A stretch of DNA of 64,000 nucleotides from Corallochytrium limacisporum Hawaii. Lineage: Eukaryota; Protista; Pluriformea. A program made the translations under genes and the position numbers. The stretch spans positions 1 through 64,000 of the forward strand of contig PDIP01000094.1 in the NCBI GenBank assembly GCA_002811645.1, in the 5' to 3' direction. Positions 51,286 through 61,952 of the stretch are shown here, piece by piece. Under the pieces are notes generated by a model that was given only the letters and a program-made list of their open reading frames with translations, did not search any database and had not been told where the DNA came from. The number at the start of each line of letters is the position of its first letter. Positions within the stretch are counted from its first letter, which is position 1.

Positions 51286-54270
51286 TTACATGTAAGCCTC
51301 CATAGGGGGGCAAGAGCAGACAACGTTGCGATCACCGAAGACATCGTCGATACGGGTCACGACAGGGAAGAACTTCTGGCGCCGCAACCAGGGCACGGGG
51401 AAGACGGCTTTCTCCCGAGTGTAGGGGCGATCCCAGTCTTCGGCGGAAATGGTCTGGATGGTGTGTGGGGCGTTCTTGAGGACATTGTTGTCACGAGGAT
51501 ACTTGCCCTCCTCAATCTCACGAATCTCCTCTCTAATTGCAATAAGAGCATCACAGTAGCGATCCAGCTCATCCTTAGCCTCGGACTCTGTGGGCTCAAC
51601 CATCAGAGTGTTGGGTACGGGCCAGCTCATAGTGGGGGAGTGGAAGCCGTAATCCTGCAGACGCTTGGCAATGTCAGCACCCTCAACACCCGCACTTTCG
51701 CCGAATGGCCGGCAATCCATGATGAATTCATGGGCACAGAAACCATTGGAATTCTTGTAAAGGATCTTGTAGTGGCCGTCTAGACGGCGCGCCATATAGT
51801 TCGCGTTCAGGATGGCCAATTCAGAGGCATTCCGCAGACCCTTGGAGCCCATCATGCGAATATAGGCCCAAGAGATGGGCAGAATGGAGGCGGAACCGAA
51901 GGGCGTACCGGAAATGGTACCCATGGCCTTGTCGCCACCGTGAGGACCCATGTCAACAATGGGATGGTTAGGCAAGTAGGGGGCCAGATGGGCGCGAACA
52001 CCGATAGGGCCCATTCCAGGGCCACCGCCACCGTGGGGAATGCAGAAGGTCTTATGCAGGTTCAAATGGGACACATCTGCACCGAACTTACCTGGGCAGC
52101 AGATGGCCACCTGGGCGTTCATGTTCGCACCGTCAAGATAGACCTGACCACCATGCTCGTGTACTAAGTCGCAGACGTCCTTGATGTTGTCGTCAAACAC
52201 ACCATATGTAGAGGGATAGGTGACCATAATGGCAGCCAGCTCCTTGGAGTGCTTCTCGCACTTAGCCTTGAGATCAGTCAAGTCAATTTCACCATTGGGG
52301 GCATTCTTCACAGCAACAACGTCCATACCAGCCATCTGGGCAGAGGCAGGGTTGGTACCGTGGGCAGAGGCAGGGACCAAGCAGACCTTGCGATGCCCTT
52401 CGCCTTTGTCAGCGAGGTAGGCACGGATGGCCATCAGACCAGCGTACTCACCCTGGGCACCAGAGTTGGGTTGCAGAGACACACGGTCATAGCCGGTGAT
52501 CTCACAAAGCCAGTGTTCGAGCTCCTTGAACATGTGACGGTAGCCGCGAGACTGGTCCAGAGGAGCGTAGGGGTGAATGGCGTTGACCTCAGGCCAGCTG
52601 ACAGGAAGCATTTCGGTAGTGGCGTTCAACTTCATAGTGCAGGAACCGAGAGGAATCATGGTATGCGCCAGAGACACATCACGATTTTCGAGGTACTTCA
52701 GGTAGCGCAACATCTGAGTCTCGCTCTGATGTGAGTGAAAGACTGGGTAGTCTAGGATCTTTCCCTCGCGGGTAAATTCACCGAACTCGTAGGCATCTTC
52801 GCCCAGTTTCTCTAGAACAGCGTCCACCGTCACTTCACTCTTCTCGCTAATATTGAAGACGTCGAACAGATCTTCTAGATCTTTCGCGGAGACAGTCTCA
52901 TCCATGGTGATACCTACAGTTTCACCATCTTCGAAGTAGCGCAGATTGATGCGGTGCTGCTCAGCACGACTCTTCAGCATGGTCATATCAGTGGGCTTAA
53001 CACGGACGGTGTCAAAGTACGGGCCGTCATCGGTAACAGTGTGTCCCATAGACTTAGCTCCCTCAGCAAATACAACAGCAAGACGGTGAACCCGGTTGGC
53101 GATATCCGTAAGACCCTGAGGTCCGTGGTAGACGGCGTAGTTGGCAGCCATGTTGGCCAAGAGTGCCTGAGCGGTGCAAATGTTGGAGGTGGCCTTCTCA
53201 CGGCGAATGTGTTGCTCGCGGGCCTGCAGAGCCAGACGATAAGCGGTGTTACCATCAGCATCGCGGGACACACCGACGATGCGACCTGGTACCTTTCGCA
53301 GATACTTGTCCTGAACAGCGAAGAAGGCAGCGTGGGGACCACCAAAGCCAAGCGGAACACCGAAGCGCTGAGAGTTACCGAAGCAAATATCTGCATCGAA
53401 CTCACTCGGTGGCCGCAGTACGGTAAGGGCCAGGAGATCACTTGCAACCAGCATGAGGCCACCGGCAGAGTGGATTGTATCACTGAGCTTCTTCAGATCC
53501 TTTATGGTCCCGTGCGTGTCCGGATATCCTACCATGACGGCACACGCAGTGTCACCCTTAATGTCCATGTTGAACAAATCCCCGACAACAACTTTCAGTC
53601 CCATTGGAGCAGCGCGCGTCTCCACCAACTTAATGGACGTGGGGTGCATGTTTTCGTCAATGTAGATTGTATCCTTCTTTTTTCCAGTTGTGGAGAAAGC
53701 TAGAGCAGCAGCCTCAGCAGCAGCGGTCGCTTCATCGAGCAGGGAGGAATTGGCTTTGGGCAAACCGGTGAGATCACATACCATTGTCTGATAGTTGAGT
53801 AGAGACTCGAGACGACCCTGGCTCATCTCCGGCTGGTAGGGAGTGTATTGGGTATACCAGCCAGGGTTCTCCAGCAGATTGCGCAGAATCACATGGGGAA
53901 CGTTAGTTCCTGCGTAACCCATACCAATGTAAGAGCGCCAGACCTCATTTTCACTGAGGAGGTCCTTGAGGCGAGCCAGCACCTCAGTTTCAGACAAGGC
54001 AGGAGGCAAATCAAGCTCATTTGTTTCCAGGATGGAGTTGGGCACGGTTTTCTTGACCATCTCCTCTAAGCTCTTGACACCGACAGTCTTTAACATCTCA
54101 TCAATGTCAACTTGGTTCACAGTACCATTGTGGCGGCGCTCGAAAGTGTCCAAAGCAGCAAAGGCAGTGGACGCCTTGGTCGCAGCTGTGCGCTGGATAA
54201 CCATACCAGCGACGGCCTTACCGGCCACTGCAGTAAAGCGAAGGGTGCGAACCGCAGAAAGTCCCAGCAT
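51286..54270 (-). CDS. GLDC: Glycine dehydrogenase (decarboxylating), glycine cleavage P protein, mitochondrial
   Basis: NPGWYTQYTPYQPE, QHIRREKATSNICTAQAL, MIPLGSCTMKLN and HLNLHKTFCIPHGGGGPG. Presequence MLGLSAVRTLRF starts at ATG 54270. Confidence 0.98.
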   Translation of the reverse strand: MLGLSAVRTLRFTAVAGKAVAGMVIQRTAATKASTAFAALDTFERRHNGTVNQVDIDEMLKTVGVKSLEEMVKKTVPNSILETNELDLPPALSETEVLARLKDLLSENEVWRSYIGMGYAGTNVPHVILRNLLENPGWYTQYTPYQPEMSQGRLESLLNYQTMVCDLTGLPKANSSLLDEATAAAEAAALAFSTTGKKKDTIYIDENMHPTSIKLVETRAAPMGLKVVVGDLFNMDIKGDTACAVMVGYPDTHGTIKDLKKLSDTIHSAGGLMLVASDLLALTVLRPPSEFDADICFGNSQRFGVPLGFGGPHAAFFAVQDKYLRKVPGRIVGVSRDADGNTAYRLALQAREQHIRREKATSNICTAQALLANMAANYAVYHGPQGLTDIANRVHRLAVVFAEGAKSMGHTVTDDGPYFDTVRVKPTDMTMLKSRAEQHRINLRYFEDGETVGITMDETVSAKDLEDLFDVFNISEKSEVTVDAVLEKLGEDAYEFGEFTREGKILDYPVFHSHQSETQMLRYLKYLENRDVSLAHTMIPLGSCTMKLNATTEMLPVSWPEVNAIHPYAPLDQSRGYRHMFKELEHWLCEITGYDRVSLQPNSGAQGEYAGLMAIRAYLADKGEGHRKVCLVPASAHGTNPASAQMAGMDVVAVKNAPNGEIDLTDLKAKCEKHSKELAAIMVTYPSTYGVFDDNIKDVCDLVHEHGGQVYLDGANMNAQVAICCPGKFGADVSHLNLHKTFCIPHGGGGPGMGPIGVRAHLAPYLPNHPIVDMGPHGGDKAMGTISGTPFGSASILPISWAYIRMMGSKGLRNASELAILNANYMARRLDGHYKILYKNSNGFCAHEFIMDCRPFGESAGVEGADIAKRLQDYGFHSPTMSWPVPNTLMVEPTESEAKDELDRYCDALIAIREEIREIEEGKYPRDNNVLKNAPHTIQTISAEDWDRPYTREKAVFPVPWLRRQKFFPVVTRIDDVFGDRNVVCSCPPMEAYM

Positions 54271-56491
54271 GGTAGCTCTTTGATTGTGCCTAAACCCGAA
54301 TATACAAGCAATATGCCAACGGTACAAGGCTATTGTACCCAGCTGCAACACTGCTCTGCTTACTACATGTAAACAGAGAAGCCCGTACAGTGATCTAGGC
54401 TGCCAACAATGCAGCAACTATGTCAGATCCCGAATCCTCCAAGTACCAGTCCTTGCGGCGCACGCATCCGTGGAGGTACCGGTTTACCCCCCCAATACCC
54501 ATCGGTAGAAATCAATGAAGCCATTTTGCCTCCCAGGGCACTGCGATGGTTCGGCACAGGTGAAGATCCAATATATGTCCAGCCATAGGCAATTGAGAGA
54601 TGACCGCCACACGGGATCCTGGCAGGTAGGCAGCCACAGAGGGATCGGGGATTTTGAGCGCGACACCCATGAGAACCACAGCCCGTGCAAACTTTGACTG
54701 AAACCGAATATTAATTCCCATAGCGCACACACTACAACACGGGAATCAAACGGGGTGTTGGCGTCTGGAATGCTCTAAGGTAACAAAAGAAACTAGCTCA
54801 CCCTCCTTAAACAGATCATACGGGAGTATCGCAGTCACAACAGCGACAGCCCCCGCCTCACCCCAGCACCGGGTCAAATGACGACAATTCATCGCAAACA
54901 AAAGAAAGGAAAGGGACAGTCCTCTGCACGCCCCTTTGTCCCTTCGTATCACACCCAACCACGGAGGGACTGACCTGCCCACCGTAGACTACGTTATTGT
55001 GTGATGCTTGTGCCTGATGGGATTCCATGTCATGTCTTGATAGCGGATTATACTGCTACAGGCAAGACGGTTGTGTCAGAGTTGGTCTGCAACACAAAAA
55101 ATGCCCCAAAGAAACAAAACCGGGCCATCTCGTACTTTTAGCTCGCTGGTCATTGGTGTGTTGGTTGCGTGTCGCCACCGTCGACAGCTCCGAATGGGTT
55201 GCCCTCAGCGCCCAAAGAAAACCTCGTGGGCCACCAACTGGCCACCAAAGAAACTTGGGCCATTCACAACGGGCGTTGTCCTCCACCGGTACTCTATCGG
55301 ATTCCCCCTTTCCACAGCACCGCCGCAGTTCGTTTGCTCAGTGCGACAAAAAGTCGTGACATGGCCCCGTGCTCTGCCCATAAGAGGTCCTCTATACAAA
55401 ATGTACAGTTTTTTTTGGGCATTCCCTGCTCCTTTTGTTCGGAAAATATGCGGAATCGCAGACATTTTTCGTGTGATACTTTCACTATGGAATCGGGACG
55501 GAGATTTTCAGGAATCGCGGGTACTGAGGGCTCTGGTTGAGTGGTTGCGTCCATCTTTCGATCTCTTGCCAGCCTTTTGTTTCCCAAGCTCATAATTCGG
55601 CCATGGTGCAGCATGCACACAAGCACCATAAGGAGCAGGTGCTCGGGCATTCTTCTCATGCATAAGTCCTACCGTGTTGTCACTATGGTTTGATTTAAGG
55701 CAGAATGAGAAGGACAATATATGCCACAAATTCTCAGCGCCCATATACAGTGCCAAGCGTAACAATGAAATCGGAAGTGCTCGTTGGATCTCACATCACC
55801 GTCTTGTCAGCCCCTACTGACTCAGAGCCATGAGAAAGCTTTACAAGCCATCATTCAGGTTTGATGGGACTGCGGGCGGGGTGTGCTCAACAGTCACACA
55901 GAGCAGTATAGAACCGGCAGACCATCCCCTTACTGCAGCGGAAGCACTCTTGCCCATGGGTGGCTGGCCCGTCCCACGCGATGAAACATATACCTGAAAT
56001 CCTCATTGTACGAATTAAATAGAGGAGGCGGGAAAAAGGACCGACCTCAGTCTGCCTCTCTCAGGTACTGAAACTATGGAGGAATAGACGTATATATAGT
56101 GAATGTACCGGTCGTAGTGGACCTGGTAGGTTTGGTCCGAACGGGCCTCCACACCACCCCGCGCGAAGCCAACACAAGCACCGAGGGGAGGGGGAGGCGT
56201 ACGTAGATGAGACCTCACAAACTCCATTAGGAAGTGTTTCGGTTTCAGTCTTGGCACAACTTACGCGATGGTATTCGGGATCGCCCTTATCTTAACGGAA
56301 TCAATTTACGTATTGCTTTATGCTTTCAGTGCGACGAAAGCGGTTCGTTAATAGGAATGTAAAATCTGCCTGCACTGTGGGAGAAGTAGTACAATGTGTG
56401 GAGTGTAAGGCACCTTGTTTGCGGTCTGTGGACCAAGACAATAACATGATCTTATTCGTTTAGCAAAACACAATAGATATTTTTCTAGAAA

Positions 56492-59400
56492 ATGTCTTTC
56501 AGCGGCTTTGGGGCGGGCTCTAATGCAGGAAAGGCACCAACACGAGGTGGCTTTTCGGGAGGTCGCGGAGGCGGTCGTGGAGGGGGCAATCAACCTTCAT
56601 TTGGAAGTCAGAGTGGCGGCTTCGGTGGCAGTGCCGGCCCAAGCTTTGGATCTGGGTTTCCATCAAGTGGTGGTGGTGTTGGCGGTGGTCGTGGTCGTGG
56701 ATCAGGATCAAGAGGCCGTGGTCGCGGCCGTGGTGGTGGCCAACAGCAGCGGCAACCGCAACAACAACAACAGGGAGGCTTTGGCTTTGGTGCCGGGTCC
56801 GGGTCCGGCTTTCCTCCTGCAAAACAGCAGCAGCCCACATTCGGATCCCAAGCACAACCCTCCTTCGGTGGAACTGCTGGGCCCTCGTTTGGCAGTGGTT
56901 TCCCTAGCGGCAATACGGGAAGAGGAGGTAGTAATAGAGGTGGAAGCAATAGAGGTGGATCGAGAGGACGGGGGACCCGGGGTGGTCGAGGTGGTGGTTC
57001 ACAACCTGCCTTTGGTGGAAGTTCAGCATTTCCGTCCAACAATGCACCCAATTTTGGCGCTGGAATGCAAAAACCCGCACCATTTGGGGGGACCACTCCG
57101 GCAGCAACACCGTTTGGAGGATCAGGACTACAGCAAGGATCACAACCAAATTTCGGCTCCTTCGGAGCGGGCAGCCAACCTAGGCAACAACAACAGCAGC
57201 AGCCAACAAAGGCCAAACGGACTCGCACTCCACGTCAAGCACATGCGCAACAATCTCAGGCCGCTGGATTTGGCGGATTTGGCCAAGCATCGAAACCGCA
57301 ACAGCCAAAGCCACAACAGTCCACTGCCTTTTCGGGCTTCGGAGCCGGTGCACAGCCAATGACCGCCCAAGGCGGTGGCATATTTGGTGCACAGTCAGGT
57401 ACCCAGCAGACCATGCAGGGCCAGCAGCAGATGCAACAGAAGAAGAAAGGCAAAAAGGAGAAGGCCGAAAGAAAGCCAAAGAAAGACAGGAAGAAGAGGA
57501 CCCGCATCACGCCTGTGAAGGATGCAGAGATGGGTGAAGCTGACACTGGTGATGACGAGGAACCGGAAGAAGGAGAGGAAGAAGAAGAGGATGAGGCCAC
57601 TGCAGGCGGTGGTGGATCCCTCGCTGCCCGTCTGGGGGGACGGGTGACGGCACAAGCCGAAGATGAGGAGGATCATGAAGAGGAAACTGACGAAGAGGAC
57701 GAAGAAGAGGAAGACGATGAAGGCGCTGAAGACGATGCAGCTCCATCCGGGGGATCGTCGTTGTTTAGTCGGCTCGGAGCAAGAGAAACTGAAGCGGCTA
57801 CGGAAAAGAAAATCGCCAGTAAGACTTTGCGTGTCGGAGCCAAGGAATTTGTGCCCTCAACCAAGGCGAAGAAGGCTGCTCCTGCGGCTCCTTCAACAGT
57901 TGGTCTCAAGTCCACGTACAAGGCAGGGCTCTTGAAAGAAGTACCGGCACTCCGCACTGAACCACAGTTGTCAATTGAAGCCGAATATCTTACCGAAGAT
58001 AAAGCGGAGGCTCGATTCAAGGTTCTCGATGAAATGGATAGCGTGATTCGGAAACGCAACCCTGATGCCAAGCTCATTGGTACATGTTTGGACATGTGCC
58101 CAGAAAAGGAGCGAATGAAGCGGCAATGGCAGAGAGACCTTAGTCAATTTGAAATGGTTGAAGGCACTGAACACGCTCATCCCTTTGTGTGCATCAAGAA
58201 ATTTTCGCGCAGTGCAGCTGGTCAGGAGACCTCTCTGCCCCATGAGTTGCGTACATTGCCTTCCCTTCGCAACTCAATATCGTACTTGCTTCATTACGTC
58301 CTACCAAAGATGGTTAATGAGGAGTCTTTAGACGCATATAACTTTTTGACGGATCGCTTCAGGGCCATTCGTCAAGACATTGTGAAACAACGCCTTGGCG
58401 GTGAGGAAGGTGCAGCACTGAGCGCCATTATTGTCCGTTTCCATATCCACGCATTCCACATTTTTGGGGGAAATGCTCATTTTGACGCGAAGGCTAACAA
58501 GGCTCGTTTCACGGACGCGCTTACCGCCGTCGACCAAGCGTGCAAGGATTACCGTGCAAAGACCAACAATTTTCTGCCTGAGGAATCTGAGATGCGTGGC
58601 TATAAGATTCTCATGGGTCTGGACGACCAAAGTGCTTTGCGGGATGTTGCTATTGTGCACCCTACCGTCTTGCATACAGCAGAGGTACAGTTCGCCATAG
58701 CCGCCTACAATGCCTTCTTGGACAACAATTACGTGCGATTCTTCCGCATGGCCCTTCAAGATGCCAACTACCTACAATTCTGTTTGATGCATTCCCATTT
58801 CAATGCCATGCGATTGAAGGCATTGCCAGTGCTCGAAAACGCATACTTCAAGCTTCAGTTGGACTCGAAGGCCCTTGAAAGAGACTTAGGCCTTCCCGGA
58901 GACACAGACAAGGTGCAAATTTGGTTGCAATCGATCGGCATGAGCGGTGCTTACGATGAAAAGGGATTCACTGTTACGTGCACAGGTCATACAATCGACC
59001 CGGAGCTCCACCTGCCCCGCTTTCCTTTGTACGAGAGGGTGCCGTCTACTCTCGCTGAGCTTCTCTACGGCCAAGGCACACTTGTTCCTGATTGGGTTCC
59101 GGTAGCGTTCTCTTGGTTTTCGAGTGTAAGCACGCCAGCCACAACTGAGAATCTGCTGAAACGACCGCGTCCTCTTGTGGGCACCGGCGATCTTGGTACT
59201 ACGGGTATTGTGGGTACTGCTGGTCTCGAAATGAGACAGAAGGCTATGAGGGAAGCACAAGAACGCAAGATTCGCGAGACAGAGGAACAGCAGCGTGCAC
59301 GCCAACAGGCCTTAGAAGCTCTCATTCCTGAAACCACTGAGAAGTTGGTTGATGAGGTGGCGGACGCAGAGATGCGATCAGTGGCCGCGGATGTACTAGA

Positions 59401-61603
59401 GGTCATCAAAGAGTTCCCTCGGCAATACGCAGCCTCTATTGTTCACGAAACATTGCATGAACAGATTGTGGATATTGCACAACATTTTATTTCTGAGGGT
59501 CATTCCATCCGCTCTGTAGTGGATAGCGTAGTCGCTGAGGTATTGAAGGCCGAGGTCAACAAGGTCAGTCGAGAAGAGCTGGCGGTTCACAACGCTGAGT
59601 ATCATGCCATTTTGGAGTGTTGCGATGACCTCGTGGATGATGTGCTGGATGCCGAGATCGCCAATGTTTGTCAAAAGGAGTTAAGCTGGTGGATGGCTAT
59701 CCACTACGGTAGCGAAGATATGGCGGATATGATCATCGAAGAATACCTTCAGGAGACCTTGGCGATGGCAGCAGATCAGGCGGCCTTTAACGAGACGCAA
59801 CTGTTGGGAAGGTCGTTTAAGGACTCTGCCATGCAGTGGCAAGAAGCGTACCCTTCCGACATTCTAGGTCGATTGGCCAGCCGCTTGCCTTACGATTCAT
59901 TTGGTCATGGTTGTTCCCCAGTGGTGCTTGGCTATGTCCCCCAGCCCACTTCTGGATATTCGTACCCCCTGCAGTGCCCAGCTTTTATGTATTTGATGAC
60001 GTATCTGATTCCACCTGTTCTTTTGGCAGATCTGTCCAGTAAAGCTGCGGCCTCCGTGTTGACAGAATCCACGTTTTTGCACGTGCCCATCTCAAGTCCA
60101 TGCAAGGCAACACCGGATGAACAAAAAGAAATTCGCTTCCTGTTACAACGGTCAGCGAACTTGAGCGAAGAATTTACTCACTGGGACGTGTCGAAGAATG
60201 GCACGGGGACTGTGTCTGTTAGTGCAAGACCAAAGCATACAATGATCCCTTTGCCTATGATTGTGGATCTTCGCACTGTCGACGAGGTAATTGCTTACAT
60301 TCTGAGTCAGGTTGAAGCCATATTTACACCGTGGCAGAACGAACCTGAGACCGAGCGCACACTATTGGTCTATCTCCTTGGCTTTGTGGGTCATGAGTGC
60401 GATGACAGTCGCAATTGTTTCAACTGCGCCGAGCTAGAGGATGCCATTTGCTCAGCAATTGAAGAACAGCATGGTGACAGTGTACTTGTGTACATACACT
60501 CCCCGGATGAGGAGGTTAGTACCAATTTCTTCATGCCCATGTCCTGGTTAGATGGCCATAGTGCCGAGCATCGAACCTGTTTGCACACAAAAATGATTTC
60601 GTACACGAATGCTGTTATTGATGGTCTTGCACGAGATCACCGGGCACGCAAATGGGTCTCGATGGATACTCTTGTGCGATGCTCATATGGCGAGGTGCTG
60701 AATCGCATCCGCCAAATGGGCATTCGCGGTATCCTGATGGAGCAGTCCAATGATACCTGGGAGAATGCAAATGGCCTCCATCATGGGTTAATGCACTTCC
60801 TCGAGGACGAATTCCGTACTGATCAGGACTACTTCCACCTGTGCATGCCAGATGCTGGACTGTGGTCCGATGGCGGTGCGTCAACGGAGTATGACGCTGC
60901 CGCCGTCAAGGCGTCTGCCTTGAACTTGATTCAAAATATGCTGCAGGTCCCGATAGCCCGTGATGTGCGCCATGTCGTACATGCTCTTGATTTGCACTAC
61001 CAGTATAGCCTTGAGCAGGCCACATTGTGGAGCTCCTCAAGTGTGTACCACCGGGTCTACTTTGACAGTGTCCTCTTCCTCGAGCACCTGAAGCAGCGAG
61101 AATTGCTTTGGGACAACCTTCAAGCCATGGTACCCCCGGCTGTTCTTCCGATGAAGCGCACTCGTATACAAGATGACTCGGATATACTGGTCAAGACTGC
61201 ACTGAGCCCAATCGCCCAACCGAATTTTGGTGCCTCGCCAGTGAAAATGCGTCGGCCGGATCCCGAGCCATCACCTCCTGTAGTGGATCTGGGCGGTGAT
61301 GAGGACGATGTCTTGGTCGTTCTAGACAGTGGCGACGCGCAAGAAGAGCAGGCAGAGCAGGCTGGTACTGCTGAAGAGACTGCTGACAATGATCCCGAGC
61401 TAACGAAACTTCGTGAGGCTCTACAGAAATCACTCCTTCAAGCTAGAGAAGATGGCGCTCAGTTCCGTCGTGATCTCGACGAAGCAGCGATGCCCGTGCA
61501 GAAGTCGGCTGCTGTAACAACCGCTGCATCAGCGGCCAGCAGCAGTCGCGGCGGCGGATTTTTCTCCGATATGATGCGAAAAATTCGCAAAGTCCTTCAC
61601 TAG
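56492..61603 (+). CDS. SAC3: SAC3/GANP (TREX-2 scaffold) mRNA export factor
   Basis: FG/RGG-rich N-terminus. SAC3_GANP domain IGTCLDMCPEKER, IKKFSRSAAG, YNFLTDRFRAIRQD and NNYVRFF. A long acidic amphipathic helix (CID-like) follows. Confidence 0.93.
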   Translation: MSFSGFGAGSNAGKAPTRGGFSGGRGGGRGGGNQPSFGSQSGGFGGSAGPSFGSGFPSSGGGVGGGRGRGSGSRGRGRGRGGGQQQRQPQQQQQGGFGFGAGSGSGFPPAKQQQPTFGSQAQPSFGGTAGPSFGSGFPSGNTGRGGSNRGGSNRGGSRGRGTRGGRGGGSQPAFGGSSAFPSNNAPNFGAGMQKPAPFGGTTPAATPFGGSGLQQGSQPNFGSFGAGSQPRQQQQQQPTKAKRTRTPRQAHAQQSQAAGFGGFGQASKPQQPKPQQSTAFSGFGAGAQPMTAQGGGIFGAQSGTQQTMQGQQQMQQKKKGKKEKAERKPKKDRKKRTRITPVKDAEMGEADTGDDEEPEEGEEEEEDEATAGGGGSLAARLGGRVTAQAEDEEDHEEETDEEDEEEEDDEGAEDDAAPSGGSSLFSRLGARETEAATEKKIASKTLRVGAKEFVPSTKAKKAAPAAPSTVGLKSTYKAGLLKEVPALRTEPQLSIEAEYLTEDKAEARFKVLDEMDSVIRKRNPDAKLIGTCLDMCPEKERMKRQWQRDLSQFEMVEGTEHAHPFVCIKKFSRSAAGQETSLPHELRTLPSLRNSISYLLHYVLPKMVNEESLDAYNFLTDRFRAIRQDIVKQRLGGEEGAALSAIIVRFHIHAFHIFGGNAHFDAKANKARFTDALTAVDQACKDYRAKTNNFLPEESEMRGYKILMGLDDQSALRDVAIVHPTVLHTAEVQFAIAAYNAFLDNNYVRFFRMALQDANYLQFCLMHSHFNAMRLKALPVLENAYFKLQLDSKALERDLGLPGDTDKVQIWLQSIGMSGAYDEKGFTVTCTGHTIDPELHLPRFPLYERVPSTLAELLYGQGTLVPDWVPVAFSWFSSVSTPATTENLLKRPRPLVGTGDLGTTGIVGTAGLEMRQKAMREAQERKIRETEEQQRARQQALEALIPETTEKLVDEVADAEMRSVAADVLEVIKEFPRQYAASIVHETLHEQIVDIAQHFISEGHSIRSVVDSVVAEVLKAEVNKVSREELAVHNAEYHAILECCDDLVDDVLDAEIANVCQKELSWWMAIHYGSEDMADMIIEEYLQETLAMAADQAAFNETQLLGRSFKDSAMQWQEAYPSDILGRLASRLPYDSFGHGCSPVVLGYVPQPTSGYSYPLQCPAFMYLMTYLIPPVLLADLSSKAAASVLTESTFLHVPISSPCKATPDEQKEIRFLLQRSANLSEEFTHWDVSKNGTGTVSVSARPKHTMIPLPMIVDLRTVDEVIAYILSQVEAIFTPWQNEPETERTLLVYLLGFVGHECDDSRNCFNCAELEDAICSAIEEQHGDSVLVYIHSPDEEVSTNFFMPMSWLDGHSAEHRTCLHTKMISYTNAVIDGLARDHRARKWVSMDTLVRCSYGEVLNRIRQMGIRGILMEQSNDTWENANGLHHGLMHFLEDEFRTDQDYFHLCMPDAGLWSDGGASTEYDAAAVKASALNLIQNMLQVPIARDVRHVVHALDLHYQYSLEQATLWSSSSVYHRVYFDSVLFLEHLKQRELLWDNLQAMVPPAVLPMKRTRIQDDSDILVKTALSPIAQPNFGASPVKMRRPDPEPSPPVVDLGGDEDDVLVVLDSGDAQEEQAEQAGTAEETADNDPELTKLREALQKSLLQAREDGAQFRRDLDEAAMPVQKSAAVTTAASAASSSRGGGFFSDMMRKIRKVLH

Positions 61604-61952
61604 GACAAACGTCACAGACTTTAATGTCAATAGATACCAACTTAATTCGAAAGTGAGCAGGGCCCCCGCGCCCTCCCCACCGCTCCGAGGGTGCCGCTGT
61701 GGGAATTAGGCCCCGAACTGTGCCCACACCAGGTGGACGGGGTCCCGAAGATCGCGTGTTTCTTGGGTGGGTACGGGCCCCGTGTTGACAATGTTTTGTT
61801 TTTAGAAATAGGCTTTCAGTGCAGAACGAGCGATTCTTTTCTTAATTCTGGTACTTCTGTGATCGACTTTCAAGAATATTTAGAATGCAATGACATTTTC
61901 CGCAATAGCACCAAGCTAGGGATTGCACTTTCCTTGCATCCGCGGAAAAACC

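Noticed and set aside
54271-54417. N-terminal extension of GLDC from TTG (likewise the non-ATG starts at 14056, 16912, 27059 and 61923)
   Set aside because: Eukaryotic genes; the first in-frame ATG gives a sensible N-terminus or presequence.
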